IMG/VR virus record: IMGVR_UViG_3300045988_111723
Coordinates: 1-30,856 of that record
Length of the DNA: 30,856 nucleotides
Direction: 5' to 3' (one strand)
Source of the DNA: a virus
Under the pieces are notes generated by a model. That model saw only the letters and a list, made by a program, of their open reading frames with translations, made no database searches and had not been told where the DNA came from. Positions 23,812 to 30,856 of this stretch are shown here, in pieces (position 1 is the first letter of the stretch; each line of letters begins with the position of its first letter). Position numbers and translations under genes: made by a program.

Positions 23812-24092
23812 TTCAGATAATCCTTTCCGGTTTCTTCCATCCAGCGGTCGTGCCCATACAACGCCTCAAAATCCCGCTGGGCCTGTTTCTTCAGGTCGAG
23901 CCGGAGGTGGTGGTCGAAATGGGCACTGTACCCCGGCTCGTTGTGGTGGCGGTGGCACAGCCAGACCTTCAGGCCGTACCGCTCCGCCATGGGCCGCAGC
24001 GGGCCGTTCAGCACATGGTGCTCTTCCAGCCCGGCCACCGTGGCCACGTTGTACTTCATCCGGCAGACGTAACACTCCCGCCGGGTCTGCAT
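23799..24092 (-). CDS. HNH-motif / zinc-finger protein (putative nuclease)
   Basis: CYVC...LEEHHVL...WLCHRHHN. Start chosen at 24092; the ORF track starts at a TTG at 24137. Confidence 0.55.
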   Translation of the reverse strand: MQTRRECYVCRMKYNVATVAGLEEHHVLNGPLRPMAERYGLKVWLCHRHHNEPGYSAHFDHHLRLDLKKQAQRDFEALYGHDRWMEETGKDYLKCSM

Positions 24093-24103
24093 GATGGACG
24101 CGC

Positions 24104-24661
24104 TCACTTTCTCGGCACCTCCTGCCATTCCTGCCAATATTGGGTTACATTCGGATCGTTGACGCCCATTTCGGCCAGCCGGTCGAAAATGCCGTCAATA
24201 AAGGCCGACATCTGGGCGCTGGTAAAGCTGCTGGAACCCATCGACGCCTTGACAGTGCAGCGGTCGTTGTCCAGCAGCTCCACAATATGCACAAGCCTGT
24301 AAGCATTGCGCAGGATGGGCACGGCGGCCACCGGAAGCTCCAGAAAGTCATATTCGAGGCCGTATTCTTCCAGCATCTCGATATAACAGTCTTCCGGGGT
24401 GGTGCCGCCCGCCTTTCCGGCGTTGTAGTGGTCGGCCATGATGGTGAGCAGCGCCCACATCATGCGGTTCTGCTCCAGACTGCGCTTTTTCCGCTGCCGC
24501 TCCACGGTAATGGTCAGCCGCAGCGGGGAGCCGTGGGCGAGGTCGTCTAATTTTTGGCGTATCTGCGTTTTAACAAATTCCGCCGAGTTTTCCACAATGA
24601 TTTTTTTCCTTGTGGGGTCGTAGACGACCGGGAGCTTGCCGATCACGTCGTTTCGGGCCAT
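24104..24661 (-). CDS. NinB/Orf-like recombination-associated protein
   Basis: KRSLEQNRMMWALL motif, typical of the NinB / HNHc_6 N-terminal region. 185 aa. Confidence 0.6.
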   Translation of the reverse strand: MARNDVIGKLPVVYDPTRKKIIVENSAEFVKTQIRQKLDDLAHGSPLRLTITVERQRKKRSLEQNRMMWALLTIMADHYNAGKAGGTTPEDCYIEMLEEYGLEYDFLELPVAAVPILRNAYRLVHIVELLDNDRCTVKASMGSSSFTSAQMSAFIDGIFDRLAEMGVNDPNVTQYWQEWQEVPRK

Positions 24662-25254
24662 AGGATTTTATTGCCCTCCGTTGTGGCGAACTGCACCATG
24701 GTGATCCTGCCGGTGTCGTCCCGCGCGAAGCGATCCACCCGGAGCGAAGTGCCGAGCATCCAGCGCTTCTTGTCTGCGCTCTCCACAATGGGCATCTGTG
24801 CAGTGGCCTTGAGCAGCAGCTTGCCGACATCCAGCACGTCCGCCCCGGCACCCCAGAGCGCCGCAGCGGCCAGAAAGCTCGTGATCTCCTGCATCTTTGC
24901 CGGGTTATTGGCCGGAATGGACATGGCCGCAGCATCCTTGTAGACGTACTCGCCGGTATCGGGCGAGTAAACGCCGACTTGGCACCAGAGCTGACTCCCG
25001 GCATAATACCGGCGCATACACCAGCCCGCCGGGCCGTAGGCGTCATCCAGCAGCTTGCGTACCGCAGCATCATCCGGGAGCAGCATCACGCGAGCCGCGT
25101 CCTTGTCTACCGCCAAAGTGATAACGTGACAGCCTTCCGGGGCCGTCTGCGCGGGCTTTGGCACGTTGACCGGGAACTTTACCGGCTCGACCGAAACGCC
25201 GCCAGAAACGCCCGCAGACGGCGCCCGCCGCCGGGAAGTGTTTTTAGTCGGCAT
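24643..25254 (-). CDS. Rad52/Sak-like single-strand annealing protein (putative)
   Basis: LLDDAYGPAGWCMRRYY...VGVY...YKDAAA...AAALWGAGADV pattern. Start at 25254 with a GAGGA RBS. Confidence 0.6.
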   Translation of the reverse strand: MPTKNTSRRRAPSAGVSGGVSVEPVKFPVNVPKPAQTAPEGCHVITLAVDKDAARVMLLPDDAAVRKLLDDAYGPAGWCMRRYYAGSQLWCQVGVYSPDTGEYVYKDAAAMSIPANNPAKMQEITSFLAAAALWGAGADVLDVGKLLLKATAQMPIVESADKKRWMLGTSLRVDRFARDDTGRITMVQFATTEGNKILWPETT

Positions 25255-25489
25255 CGTGGATATCCTCATAGTAAGCGTCATCGCGGGTTTTTTCGGCTTC
25301 GATATCGTCTTGGCCGCTATAGGTCGAGTCACTAACGTCACGTTCGAGCAGCTCACGGCAATAGGTCAACCCGTCGCGAGCTTCCTGCACAGTTACGGGC
25401 TGCTTGACGTTTCGCAGCGCCCAAAGCAGCATCGCCGCAACTTTTTTGGTGGTCTCATTGTATTCGCATTTCTTGTCACAGTCGCACAT
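25244..25489 (-). CDS. Hypothetical acidic protein (81 aa)
   Basis: ORF with an AAAGGAAAGG RBS in the early operon. Confidence 0.6.
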   Translation of the reverse strand: MCDCDKKCEYNETTKKVAAMLLWALRNVKQPVTVQEARDGLTYCRELLERDVSDSTYSGQDDIEAEKTRDDAYYEDIHDAD

Positions 25490-25583
25490 AAGCCTTTCCT
25501 TTCTTTTGCTAAAAAAATTTCGGTCTGAGCTTTCGCTCTGGCAGCGGCTCTTGTTTTACCACCTGCCGCCAGTGGTGGTGGAC

Positions 25584-25820
25584 TCAGTACGTCCCAAATT
25601 CCTGATCGAGGAGGGTATCCAGCCGGATGGTGTTGCCCCGGCCCTTGCCCTCATCGCCCGACATATTGGCCCAGCCGTCCGGGTAGCGCTTGCGCACATA
25701 CCGGGCCGGGATCCCCATGCACACGCTGACCTGTTCCAGCGTCAGCCGGATGCAGCCGGTTTTTTCAAAAATGGCTTTATAACTGTCATGCCACGCATCG
25801 CCACGGTTAGATTTCGCCAC
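25584..25820 (-). CDS. Hypothetical HTH-like small protein
   Basis: 78-aa ORF with a GTG start. LTLEQVSVCMGIPARYVRKRY is HTH-like. Confidence 0.55.
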   Translation of the reverse strand: MAKSNRGDAWHDSYKAIFEKTGCIRLTLEQVSVCMGIPARYVRKRYPDGWANMSGDEGKGRGNTIRLDTLLDQEFGTY

Positions 25821-25826
25821 GATCTT

Positions 25827-26153
25827 TCAGCTCCTTCTGTCTTCGTTCAAATGCAACCTGCTGGCCGTAGGTGCGGCCGCGATAGCGCGGGCACATACCG
25901 CTCCAATGCTGTTGTCTTGGGTGGGCTTTTCCGGGTGCGGGAAGGCCTTGCGGGCTTCTTTTTCCAGCGCCTCCCGCTCCATCTTTTCTTTCAGCTTCTG
26001 TTGGTAGAGCCTCTTTTTCTTGAGGATCATCGCTTCCGCCGCACGCTTGCCGAGGCACGTCGGGCAGTATTGCCGCGTAGGGCCGACGTTGTGCATCTCT
26101 GCCCCGCAAGTCACACAGGTGCGGGTGTATTTCGCCGTCGTTGTCCGTGCCAT
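25827..26153 (-). CDS. Zinc-ribbon protein with basic coiled tail
   Basis: CVTCG...CPTC. ATG at 26153 (MARTTTAKY). Confidence 0.6.
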   Translation of the reverse strand: MARTTTAKYTRTCVTCGAEMHNVGPTRQYCPTCLGKRAAEAMILKKKRLYQQKLKEKMEREALEKEARKAFPHPEKPTQDNSIGAVCARAIAAAPTASRLHLNEDRRS

Positions 26154-26365
26154 CACCGCGCCGTCCTTTCCATGCGCCGCCGCTGGGCGGTACGCCGCCG
26201 GGCATTGTCTGCCCGCTTGAACTTGTCCCACTGGGCCAGCAGATACGGCCCGCCGATCACCAGCGGGGTCAGCAGGAACACCAGCAGCAGCGTCTCGGTC
26301 ATATGGGCGTGGTAGGCGTCCCGGCCAAACAGAACCATCAGATCGGCAAATATGTAACAGGTCAT
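26153..26365 (-). CDS. Small membrane protein (70 aa, start uncertain)
   Basis: TM segment LLLVFLLTPLVIGGPYLL plus a basic tail. ATGA coupling to the upstream small ORF. Confidence 0.45.
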   Translation of the reverse strand: MTCYIFADLMVLFGRDAYHAHMTETLLLVFLLTPLVIGGPYLLAQWDKFKRADNARRRTAQRRRMERTAR

Positions 26366-26538
26366 AAGATCAATGCACCTCCGATCTTGTACGCCAGCAT
26401 GAAAACGGCGAGCAGATAGGCCGCCCACAGCGAAAACACGTTGCGGCTTGGCCTCGATGCGGCGATAAACACCAACGTGCGCAGGCATCCGCCCGCCAGA
26501 AAGCACATCATACAGGCAAAAATTGCGCTTCTTGTCAT
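26362..26538 (-). CDS. Small two-TM membrane protein (58 aa, below the ORF-track cutoff)
   Basis: Hand translation gives MTRSAIFACMMCFLAGGCLRTLVFIAASRPSRNVFSLWAAYLLAVFMLAYKIGGALIL. Confidence 0.45.
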   Translation of the reverse strand: MTRSAIFACMMCFLAGGCLRTLVFIAASRPSRNVFSLWAAYLLAVFMLAYKIGGALIL

Positions 26539-26542
26539 CTGC

Positions 26543-26731
26543 TCACCCCATTCCCAAAGCCCGCTCGATCAGTGACCGGGGGTTGTCGTTGAAATAGTTG
26601 CCGCTCATATACCGGCTGATGACGCTTTTGCTGAGCCCGGTCTCGCGGGCAAGGTCGTTATATGTCCAGCCGCGCAAAGTAAGCTGCTTGACGGCCTCCG
26701 CCTTCCATGTAACGCTGAAACTTGTCTGCAA
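26543..26731 (-). CDS. Cro-like HTH regulator, first gene of the leftward early operon
   Basis: WTYNDLARETGLSKSVISRYMSG is an HTH motif. TTG start with GAGGTG 7 nt upstream. Confidence 0.7.
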   Translation of the reverse strand: MQTSFSVTWKAEAVKQLTLRGWTYNDLARETGLSKSVISRYMSGNYFNDNPRSLIERALGMG

Positions 26732-26782
26732 CGTTTTCCACCTCGCTTGTGTAAAATGTTTCCCAAAACGGCTAATAAAACA

Positions 26783-26811
26783 TTGCCAAGCGGGTGGAAA
26801 CGGACTATAAT
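26783..26811 (+). promoter_or_regulatory. Sigma-70-type promoter TTGCCA-17-TATAAT (rightward)
   Basis: The -35 is at 26783-26788, the -10 at 26806-26811, with exactly 17-bp spacing. Confidence 0.6.
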
Positions 26812-26817
26812 AGACTT

Positions 26818-26926
26818 GCGGTAATCTAATTATGTCTGTTTCGGCTTGGCAACGCTGTTTCCCTCTCCCACGGTCAAAATGGGAGGGGCTGCAAAAAGCG
26901 CTGTACGATAGCGCTTTTTGCTGGCC
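26818..26926 (+). ncRNA. Putative sRNA or attenuated leader of about 108 nt
   Basis: Starts about 7 nt after the -10. It has a 43-nt unstructured 5' part, a hairpin at 26862-26888 (its G.U pair is valid only on plus-strand RNA), then the terminator hairpin and U-tract. Confidence 0.4.
26891..26921. terminator. Bidirectional intrinsic terminator in the immunity region
   Basis: GCAAAAAGCGCT-gtacgat-AGCGCTTTTTGC, a perfect 12-bp stem that is U-tailed on both strands. Confidence 0.7.
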
Positions 26927-27058
26927 GGGCTCATGGCTGAAGCCCGCCCGCGCGGTAGGGTAATCCAGTATGTGTGCAAAGCAGCTTTCAAAAGGAAGAA
27001 CCCGTGCGTGTACCGCAAGAGGGTCTGAGATGGGGATCTCGCTCTTGAGTACGGTATT

Positions 27059-27087
27059 ATTATAATCTAGTTTTTTCTGGATTTCAA
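27059..27087 (-). promoter_or_regulatory. Sigma-70-type promoter TTGAAA-17-TATAAT (leftward, toward the Cro-like operon)
   Basis: On the minus strand the -35 is at 27087-27082 and the -10 at 27064-27059, with exactly 17-bp spacing. Confidence 0.6.
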
Positions 27088-27112
27088 TAATAAATCAAGA
27101 AAAAACTAGATT
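27064..27112. promoter_or_regulatory. Operator candidate: perfect 14-bp inverted repeat bracketing the leftward -35
   Basis: AATCTAGTTTTTTC (27064-27077) and GAAAAAACTAGATT (27099-27112). Confidence 0.55.
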
Positions 27113-27117
27113 TTGGC

Positions 27118-27471
27118 ATGTTCAACAAAAAGGGGGTGAAAAATTTGTTTTGGGAAAATTTCTTGGTAGAGTGTGCCAAGAAGCAGAAATCTCCAGCGGT
27201 CGTTGTGGAAGAGCTTGGTTTATCCAACTCAATGCCGACAAGCTGGAAAAACGGTGCTTTACCGCAAGTAAAAAACCGCAAGAAGATCGCCGACTATTTC
27301 GGCATCACCGTCGAGGAGCTGATGGGCACAAAAAAAGAGCCCGCCGGAGATGGCGGACTCAGAAAAGAATGGGCCGAGGTGGAATCGGCCTATAAAAATG
27401 CTTCGCCGGAAGCGCGTGCAGCGGCTTTGGCCGCCGCGCTTGCGGTGCTGAACAGCAACAACAAGGGCTGA
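27118..27471 (+). CDS. XRE-family HTH regulator (repressor candidate)
   Basis: HTH pattern SPAVVVEELGLSNSMPTSWKNG...KIADYFGITVEELMG. An alternative TTG start at 27145 has a much better SD (GGGGGTG, 6-nt spacer). Confidence 0.8.
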   Translation: MFNKKGVKNLFWENFLVECAKKQKSPAVVVEELGLSNSMPTSWKNGALPQVKNRKKIADYFGITVEELMGTKKEPAGDGGLRKEWAEVESAYKNASPEARAAALAAALAVLNSNNKG

Positions 27472-27473
27472 AG

Positions 27474-27572
27474 TCAGACAGCGACCTTTTCGGCCTCTTG
27501 CAGGGTGCGCAGCACGGTTTCCCAAAGCTCCGGGTGCTCCCGCAGCAGGGCCAAAAATTCGTCGTCGGACAT
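27474..27572 (-). CDS. Possible 32-aa ORF convergent on the XRE gene
   Basis: AAAGGAG RBS. Hand translation gives MSDDEFLALLREHPELWETVLRTLQEAEKVAV. No other support. Confidence 0.3.
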   Translation of the reverse strand: MSDDEFLALLREHPELWETVLRTLQEAEKVAV

Positions 27573-27714
27573 TCTTAACACTCCTTTCTGTTGTATTTCA
27601 CGACTCTATATTACAACCATATTTGAGAAAAAGCAAGAGCCTGAAAGAGACCTTGTAAAAAATGGCAAATCAGCCCTTGCCGTTTTGTGCATATTTGTGA
27701 AAGAAGGGATTTCA

Positions 27715-27912
27715 ATGGGGTTCAGTTTTCGCAAATCGCTCCGTTTGGGCAAGCATGGGCGCGTAAACGTCAGCAAGTTCGGCGTGGGCTTTAGCTGGGG
27801 CATCCCCGGCTTGCGTTTTACAAAAACCGCGAAGGGACAGGATCGCGTAACGTTTTCCATCCCCGGCACCGGCCTCCGCTGGACGAAAACCAGCGGCAAA
27901 AAGAAAAGATAA
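27715..27912 (+). CDS. DUF4236-like small basic protein
   Basis: MGFSFRKSLRLGKHGRVNVSKFGVGFSWG matches the DUF4236 N-terminal pattern. ATG at 27715 with an AAGAAGGGA RBS. Confidence 0.7.
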   Translation: MGFSFRKSLRLGKHGRVNVSKFGVGFSWGIPGLRFTKTAKGQDRVTFSIPGTGLRWTKTSGKKKR

Positions 27913-27927
27913 AGGAGTCGAATTGCT

Positions 27928-28557
27928 ATGAGAATCCAAAAAATCCGCGTTGCCGCCGCCGCTCTGGCGCTGGCCCTCACCGTCATGTCCTGCCCGATCG
28001 CGATGGCTGCCACCGACGTCAAGACTTATCAGACCGTCGCTTATGCTCAGGCCAATGAGCAGCCCGCCGGGCAAAAGATCACCATTACCGGCAAGCCCAA
28101 CTATACCGCCGTTACCACGACCAAAGAAGGCAACTTATATGGTTTTGACACTGCTGACGGCGTGTATTACATCCAGATCGGCAAAACGACTGTTGCCGCT
28201 ATGCAAGCAGCAGCTCCCTCCCAGCAGATGACCCTATACGGCACATACTCCGGCAAGCTGGCCGGGAACGGTATGCCAATCCTCGACATCCAGTCTGGTG
28301 CCGTCAAGATCGGCGACAAGCTCAACGGGTTTTCTGATCTGAGCGCCGCCGGGCAGAAAGCGCTTGCTGCATCCAGCTCCGCTCAGACTGCCGCCGCCCC
28401 TGCCGCACCGACGACCAGCGAAAAGGTTTGGATTCCCACCAATGGCGGCAAGAAATACCACAGCAATTCCTCTTGCAGCGGCATGAAGGACCCGAAAGAG
28501 GTCGATCTCGCGCAAGCAGAAGCAGAAGGATACACCCCCTGTAAAAAGTGCCATTGA
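27928..28557 (+). CDS. Secreted protein with a C-terminal Cys/His metal-binding-type motif (moron)
   Basis: Signal peptide MRIQKIRVAAAALALALTVMSCPIAMA. C-terminus GGKKYHSNSSCSGM...GYTPCKKCH. Confidence 0.8.
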   Translation: MRIQKIRVAAAALALALTVMSCPIAMAATDVKTYQTVAYAQANEQPAGQKITITGKPNYTAVTTTKEGNLYGFDTADGVYYIQIGKTTVAAMQAAAPSQQMTLYGTYSGKLAGNGMPILDIQSGAVKIGDKLNGFSDLSAAGQKALAASSSAQTAAAPAAPTTSEKVWIPTNGGKKYHSNSSCSGMKDPKEVDLAQAEAEGYTPCKKCH

Positions 28558-28563
28558 TGGAAC

Positions 28564-28580
28564 GTGTCCACAGTGGACAC
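28564..28580. repeat. 17-bp perfect palindrome GTGTCCACAGTGGACAC, copy 3
   Basis: Identical to 12397-12413 and 19221-19237. Lies between convergent genes. Confidence 0.95.
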
Positions 28581-28583
28581 ATG

Positions 28584-28611
28584 AAAACCCCGCCGCCGGG
28601 TGACAGCGGGG
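28584..28611 (-). terminator. Intrinsic terminator after the 66-aa minus-strand gene
   Basis: Minus strand reads CCCCGC-12 nt-GCGGGG followed by UUUU. Confidence 0.45.
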
Positions 28612-28617
28612 TGCAAG

Positions 28618-28818
28618 TCAGAGTTCGACGATCTGGCCGTTGATATCGGCCAGCCGATCCGCCGGATCACGTCCGGCATCGAGGTCGTCGCGGGCTTGTT
28701 GTGCAAGGCGCAAAATCTCATCGTAAGCCTCGGCGTCGGCTCCATAATTGGCCAGCGTATAGATGAGATTCAGGGTGCGGTTGCGGGTGTACCCCAGTAT
28801 CATGGTATCGGGCAGCAT
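28618..28818 (-). CDS. Hypothetical 66-aa protein
   Basis: ATG at 28818 lies 7 nt from a GGAGG. Translationally coupled to the upstream mini-ORF. Confidence 0.5.
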   Translation of the reverse strand: MLPDTMILGYTRNRTLNLIYTLANYGADAEAYDEILRLAQQARDDLDAGRDPADRLADINGQIVEL

Positions 28819-28820
28819 GG

Positions 28821-28925
28821 TCATTCCTCCCACGGGGCCCGGACGTGTGCCGGGTCTTTCGGCTTCGAAGCGGGCATCCCGTCGATGATCTCCATATCGT
28901 CGGGGCAAGTAAGGTCAACAGCCAT
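28821..28925 (-). CDS. Possible 34-aa ORF
   Basis: GGAGG 10 nt upstream. Hand translation gives MAVDLTCPDDMEIIDGMPASKPKDPAHVRAPWEE. Confidence 0.3.
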   Translation of the reverse strand: MAVDLTCPDDMEIIDGMPASKPKDPAHVRAPWEE

Positions 28926-29051
28926 TATTTTTTTACCTCCTATGTTGGTTATTTTTGACAACTTTGTTATAACATAGGTTGATGTAAAAAATCCATTACA
29001 GATTTTTGCAAAATCCTGTAAAGGAGAAATTGTCGAAAGGGGGCGGGAATT

Positions 29052-29654
29052 ATGAACGAATATGATAAACGAATCGCCAAAGCTCTGGAAATGGCGCGGT
29101 CAAAGGCAGGAATCAGTCAAGAAAGGCTTGCCAAGCGGATGGGCGTAAGCCGCCCGACCATTGCGGGCAGAGAGCAAGGGGCATCCCCTGTCACGCTGGC
29201 CGATATTATCGATTGGTGCGTTTCGTGCGGCGTCCCGGCAAAGCGGTACACGGACGCCTGTATCCATCCGGGCCTGTTGGAGTATCTGGAGGACGACATC
29301 ACCACCGAGGAAAAGCGCCAGATACTGCACACCGTTGTGGATGAGATGTCCAACTATGAGGTGGACGGCTGGTTGTACCTCTACTATGGGAATCATGGGT
29401 CTGACCCTCTGGGCGTCCTGACTGAGGTGCTTGCGAACTTGCACACGCCTCTGCGTGACCGCGTGACCATTGTCAACGCGATCATCGGCCATTACCGGAT
29501 GGCCCGCTCGACGGACACAGACCCAGACCCCAACGGGATACAGCCGGTCATGCCGATCGTGCAGCAAGCAAGTGACTGCGGCACCGAGGCAGCCCGCCGG
29601 GGCGATGATGCCTATTCTGTGAGGGAGGTGGATAGAGATGCCGAGAAAAAGTAA
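29052..29654 (+). CDS. XRE-family HTH regulator with an uncharacterised C-terminal domain of about 130 aa
   Basis: ISQERLAKRMGVSRPTIAGREQG is an HTH motif. GGGGGCGGG RBS. The stop overlaps the integrase start. Confidence 0.85.
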   Translation: MNEYDKRIAKALEMARSKAGISQERLAKRMGVSRPTIAGREQGASPVTLADIIDWCVSCGVPAKRYTDACIHPGLLEYLEDDITTEEKRQILHTVVDEMSNYEVDGWLYLYYGNHGSDPLGVLTEVLANLHTPLRDRVTIVNAIIGHYRMARSTDTDPDPNGIQPVMPIVQQASDCGTEAARRGDDAYSVREVDRDAEKK

Positions 29655-30777
29655 AGGGATGCGCCCAGATGGGCGCTGTCAGATCAAGCGAAAGATGCCG
29701 GATGGAAAATACCGGTTTTTTTACGGGAAAACAAAATCTGAAGCAGAGGCAAAATACAAAGAAGCACTAATCCAAAAAGCGGAGGCCGAAAGTAAGGCAG
29801 AGCTTTTTGAAATTGTTGCTGCTGATTATTGGGACAAGCTGCTCAAACGCATAAAAGACGGGACAGATTCAACATATAGGTCTAACTATGACCGTTGCGT
29901 CCAATTTTTTTCGGGCAAACGGATGGATGAAATTACGCCGGTCATGATCGTAAGTTTTGGGCAGTCTCTCAAAGATGAGGGGTTATCAACAAGCACGATT
30001 CAAAACGCAGTCAGCATATTGCGAGGGATTTTCAGGGGCTGGCGGCTTGCAAGCGGATCATCTTACAATCCGATGCAGGATATCAAGTCCCCCGCCGGGA
30101 AACCGGCTGTCATACGCGAGCCGCCGACAGACCGGGAACTCGCATTGTTTCGGGCCCACCCGGAAGGATTTGGGCTATGTGCATGGATGTTGATGTATAC
30201 AGGGTGCCGTTTGGGCGAGCTGATCGCACTCAGATGGGACGATATCGATTTTGAGACCAACAAAATATATATCAACAAAAAAGTATCATGGGCGGGTGGC
30301 GGCACCAGAATCCAATCGCCCAAAACAGCCAACGGCGTGCGCGTCGTGCCGCTTATGCCGAAACTCAAGCGGCAAATAGAACCCCGCAAGGGGACTCCGT
30401 TGGAGTATGTTATAGGAGGCCTGACAAGGCCGCTGACAGATGCAGAATATCACAGCCGGTGGCTTGCGTATTGCACGGAGCTGGGACTTGTTCAGCCGAG
30501 TGAGAGTAAGACAAGATACAGAGATAGCCGCCGAGGCCCAAAAGCGGCTAAAAATCCATTGCCGCCTGTAATGGAGCCCACCGTTACGGCTCACCAGTTC
30601 CGGCACTCGTTCGCGTCGGACTTATACGATGCCGGTGTTGGAGTGCTGGAGGCAAAAAAGATCATGGGTCACGCGGACATTTCGACAACATACAAAATAT
30701 ACACTCATATCCGAGAGCGCAAGCTAAAAGATGCCACCGAAAAGATGATTAAATTTTATGATGACGAGGATAAATAA
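29638..30777 (+). CDS. int: Tyrosine integrase
   Basis: C-terminal catalytic pattern RLGELIALRW...HQFRHSFASDL...MGHADISTTYKIYTH. Adjacent to attR. Confidence 0.95.
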   Translation: MPRKSKGMRPDGRCQIKRKMPDGKYRFFYGKTKSEAEAKYKEALIQKAEAESKAELFEIVAADYWDKLLKRIKDGTDSTYRSNYDRCVQFFSGKRMDEITPVMIVSFGQSLKDEGLSTSTIQNAVSILRGIFRGWRLASGSSYNPMQDIKSPAGKPAVIREPPTDRELALFRAHPEGFGLCAWMLMYTGCRLGELIALRWDDIDFETNKIYINKKVSWAGGGTRIQSPKTANGVRVVPLMPKLKRQIEPRKGTPLEYVIGGLTRPLTDAEYHSRWLAYCTELGLVQPSESKTRYRDSRRGPKAAKNPLPPVMEPTVTAHQFRHSFASDLYDAGVGVLEAKKIMGHADISTTYKIYTHIRERKLKDATEKMIKFYDDEDK

Positions 30778-30797
30778 AAGTAGTCAAGAAGTAGTCA
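30778..30797 (+). promoter_or_regulatory. Putative integrase arm-type sites, AAGTAGTCA x2 spaced 11 bp (P arm)
   Basis: AAGTAGTCA at 30778-30786 and 30789-30797, mirroring 142-161. Confidence 0.5.
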
Positions 30798-30833
30798 AAA
30801 ACAATAAAATAACGAAAAAGCGATGCGCGCAAA

Positions 30834-30856
30834 AGGTTCGACTCCTGCTGGCGCAA
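30834..30856 (+). repeat. attR core (tRNA 3'-end copy)
   Basis: Identical to positions 1-23. Confidence 0.8.

Larger units (their letters stand above)
1..30856. mobile_element. Complete integrated temperate prophage (siphovirus-like, HK97-type head, HNH-associated packaging) bounded by attL/attR
   Basis: 23-bp direct repeat at both window ends. Integrase lies next to the right repeat. A full lysogeny, replication, packaging, head, tail and lysis gene set lies in between. Confidence 0.9.

Noticed and set aside
26830-27018. 62-aa minus-strand ORF in the immunity intergenic region.
   Set aside because: It has a TTG start without an RBS. It reads straight through the perfect bidirectional terminator hairpin. 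The region is better explained as leader or ncRNA.

Overview
The window is one complete integrated temperate prophage of about 30.8 kb. It is siphovirus-like, with an HK97-type head and HNH-associated packaging. It is delimited exactly by a 23-bp direct repeat (1-23 and 30834-30856) that looks like the 3' end of a tRNA gene (attL/attR).

Gene order, right to left:
- Tyrosine integrase (29638-30777, +), preceded by a 200-aa XRE regulator.
- A small moron and immunity region.
- A long minus-strand early operon: Cro-like HTH, small membrane proteins, Zn-ribbon protein, Rad52-like annealase, NinB-like protein, HNH-motif protein, SSB, replisome organiser with embedded iterons, ParA/ParB, a frameshifted cytosine-methyltransferase-like gene, and an ArpU/sigma-region-4-like late regulator.
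- A stand-alone tRNA-like RNA gene.
- The minus-strand late operon: HNH, TerS, TerL, portal, protease, capsid, connectors, major tail, G/GT chaperones, tape measure, Dit, Gp37-like protein, tail fibre, XkdX-like protein, GH25 endolysin, holin.
- A terminator-insulated five-gene cargo block abutting attL.

Gene content plus high GC suggests a high-GC Firmicutes host (Oscillospiraceae-like). That is inference only.

Most interesting observations:
1. A 48-bp perfect inverted repeat brackets two convergent alternative tail-fibre C-terminal cassettes, with no invertase nearby.
2. A 146-nt tRNA-like gene has a 68-nt insertion and its own promoter and terminator.
3. A perfect 17-bp palindrome occurs three times; it is a candidate parS for the phage ParAB.
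4. The immunity region has face-to-face consensus promoters sharing a bidirectional terminator.
5. A G10 tract splits the methyltransferase-like gene.
6. The attL-proximal cargo operon is uncharacterised.

All family assignments are by-eye motif recognition. No searches were run.
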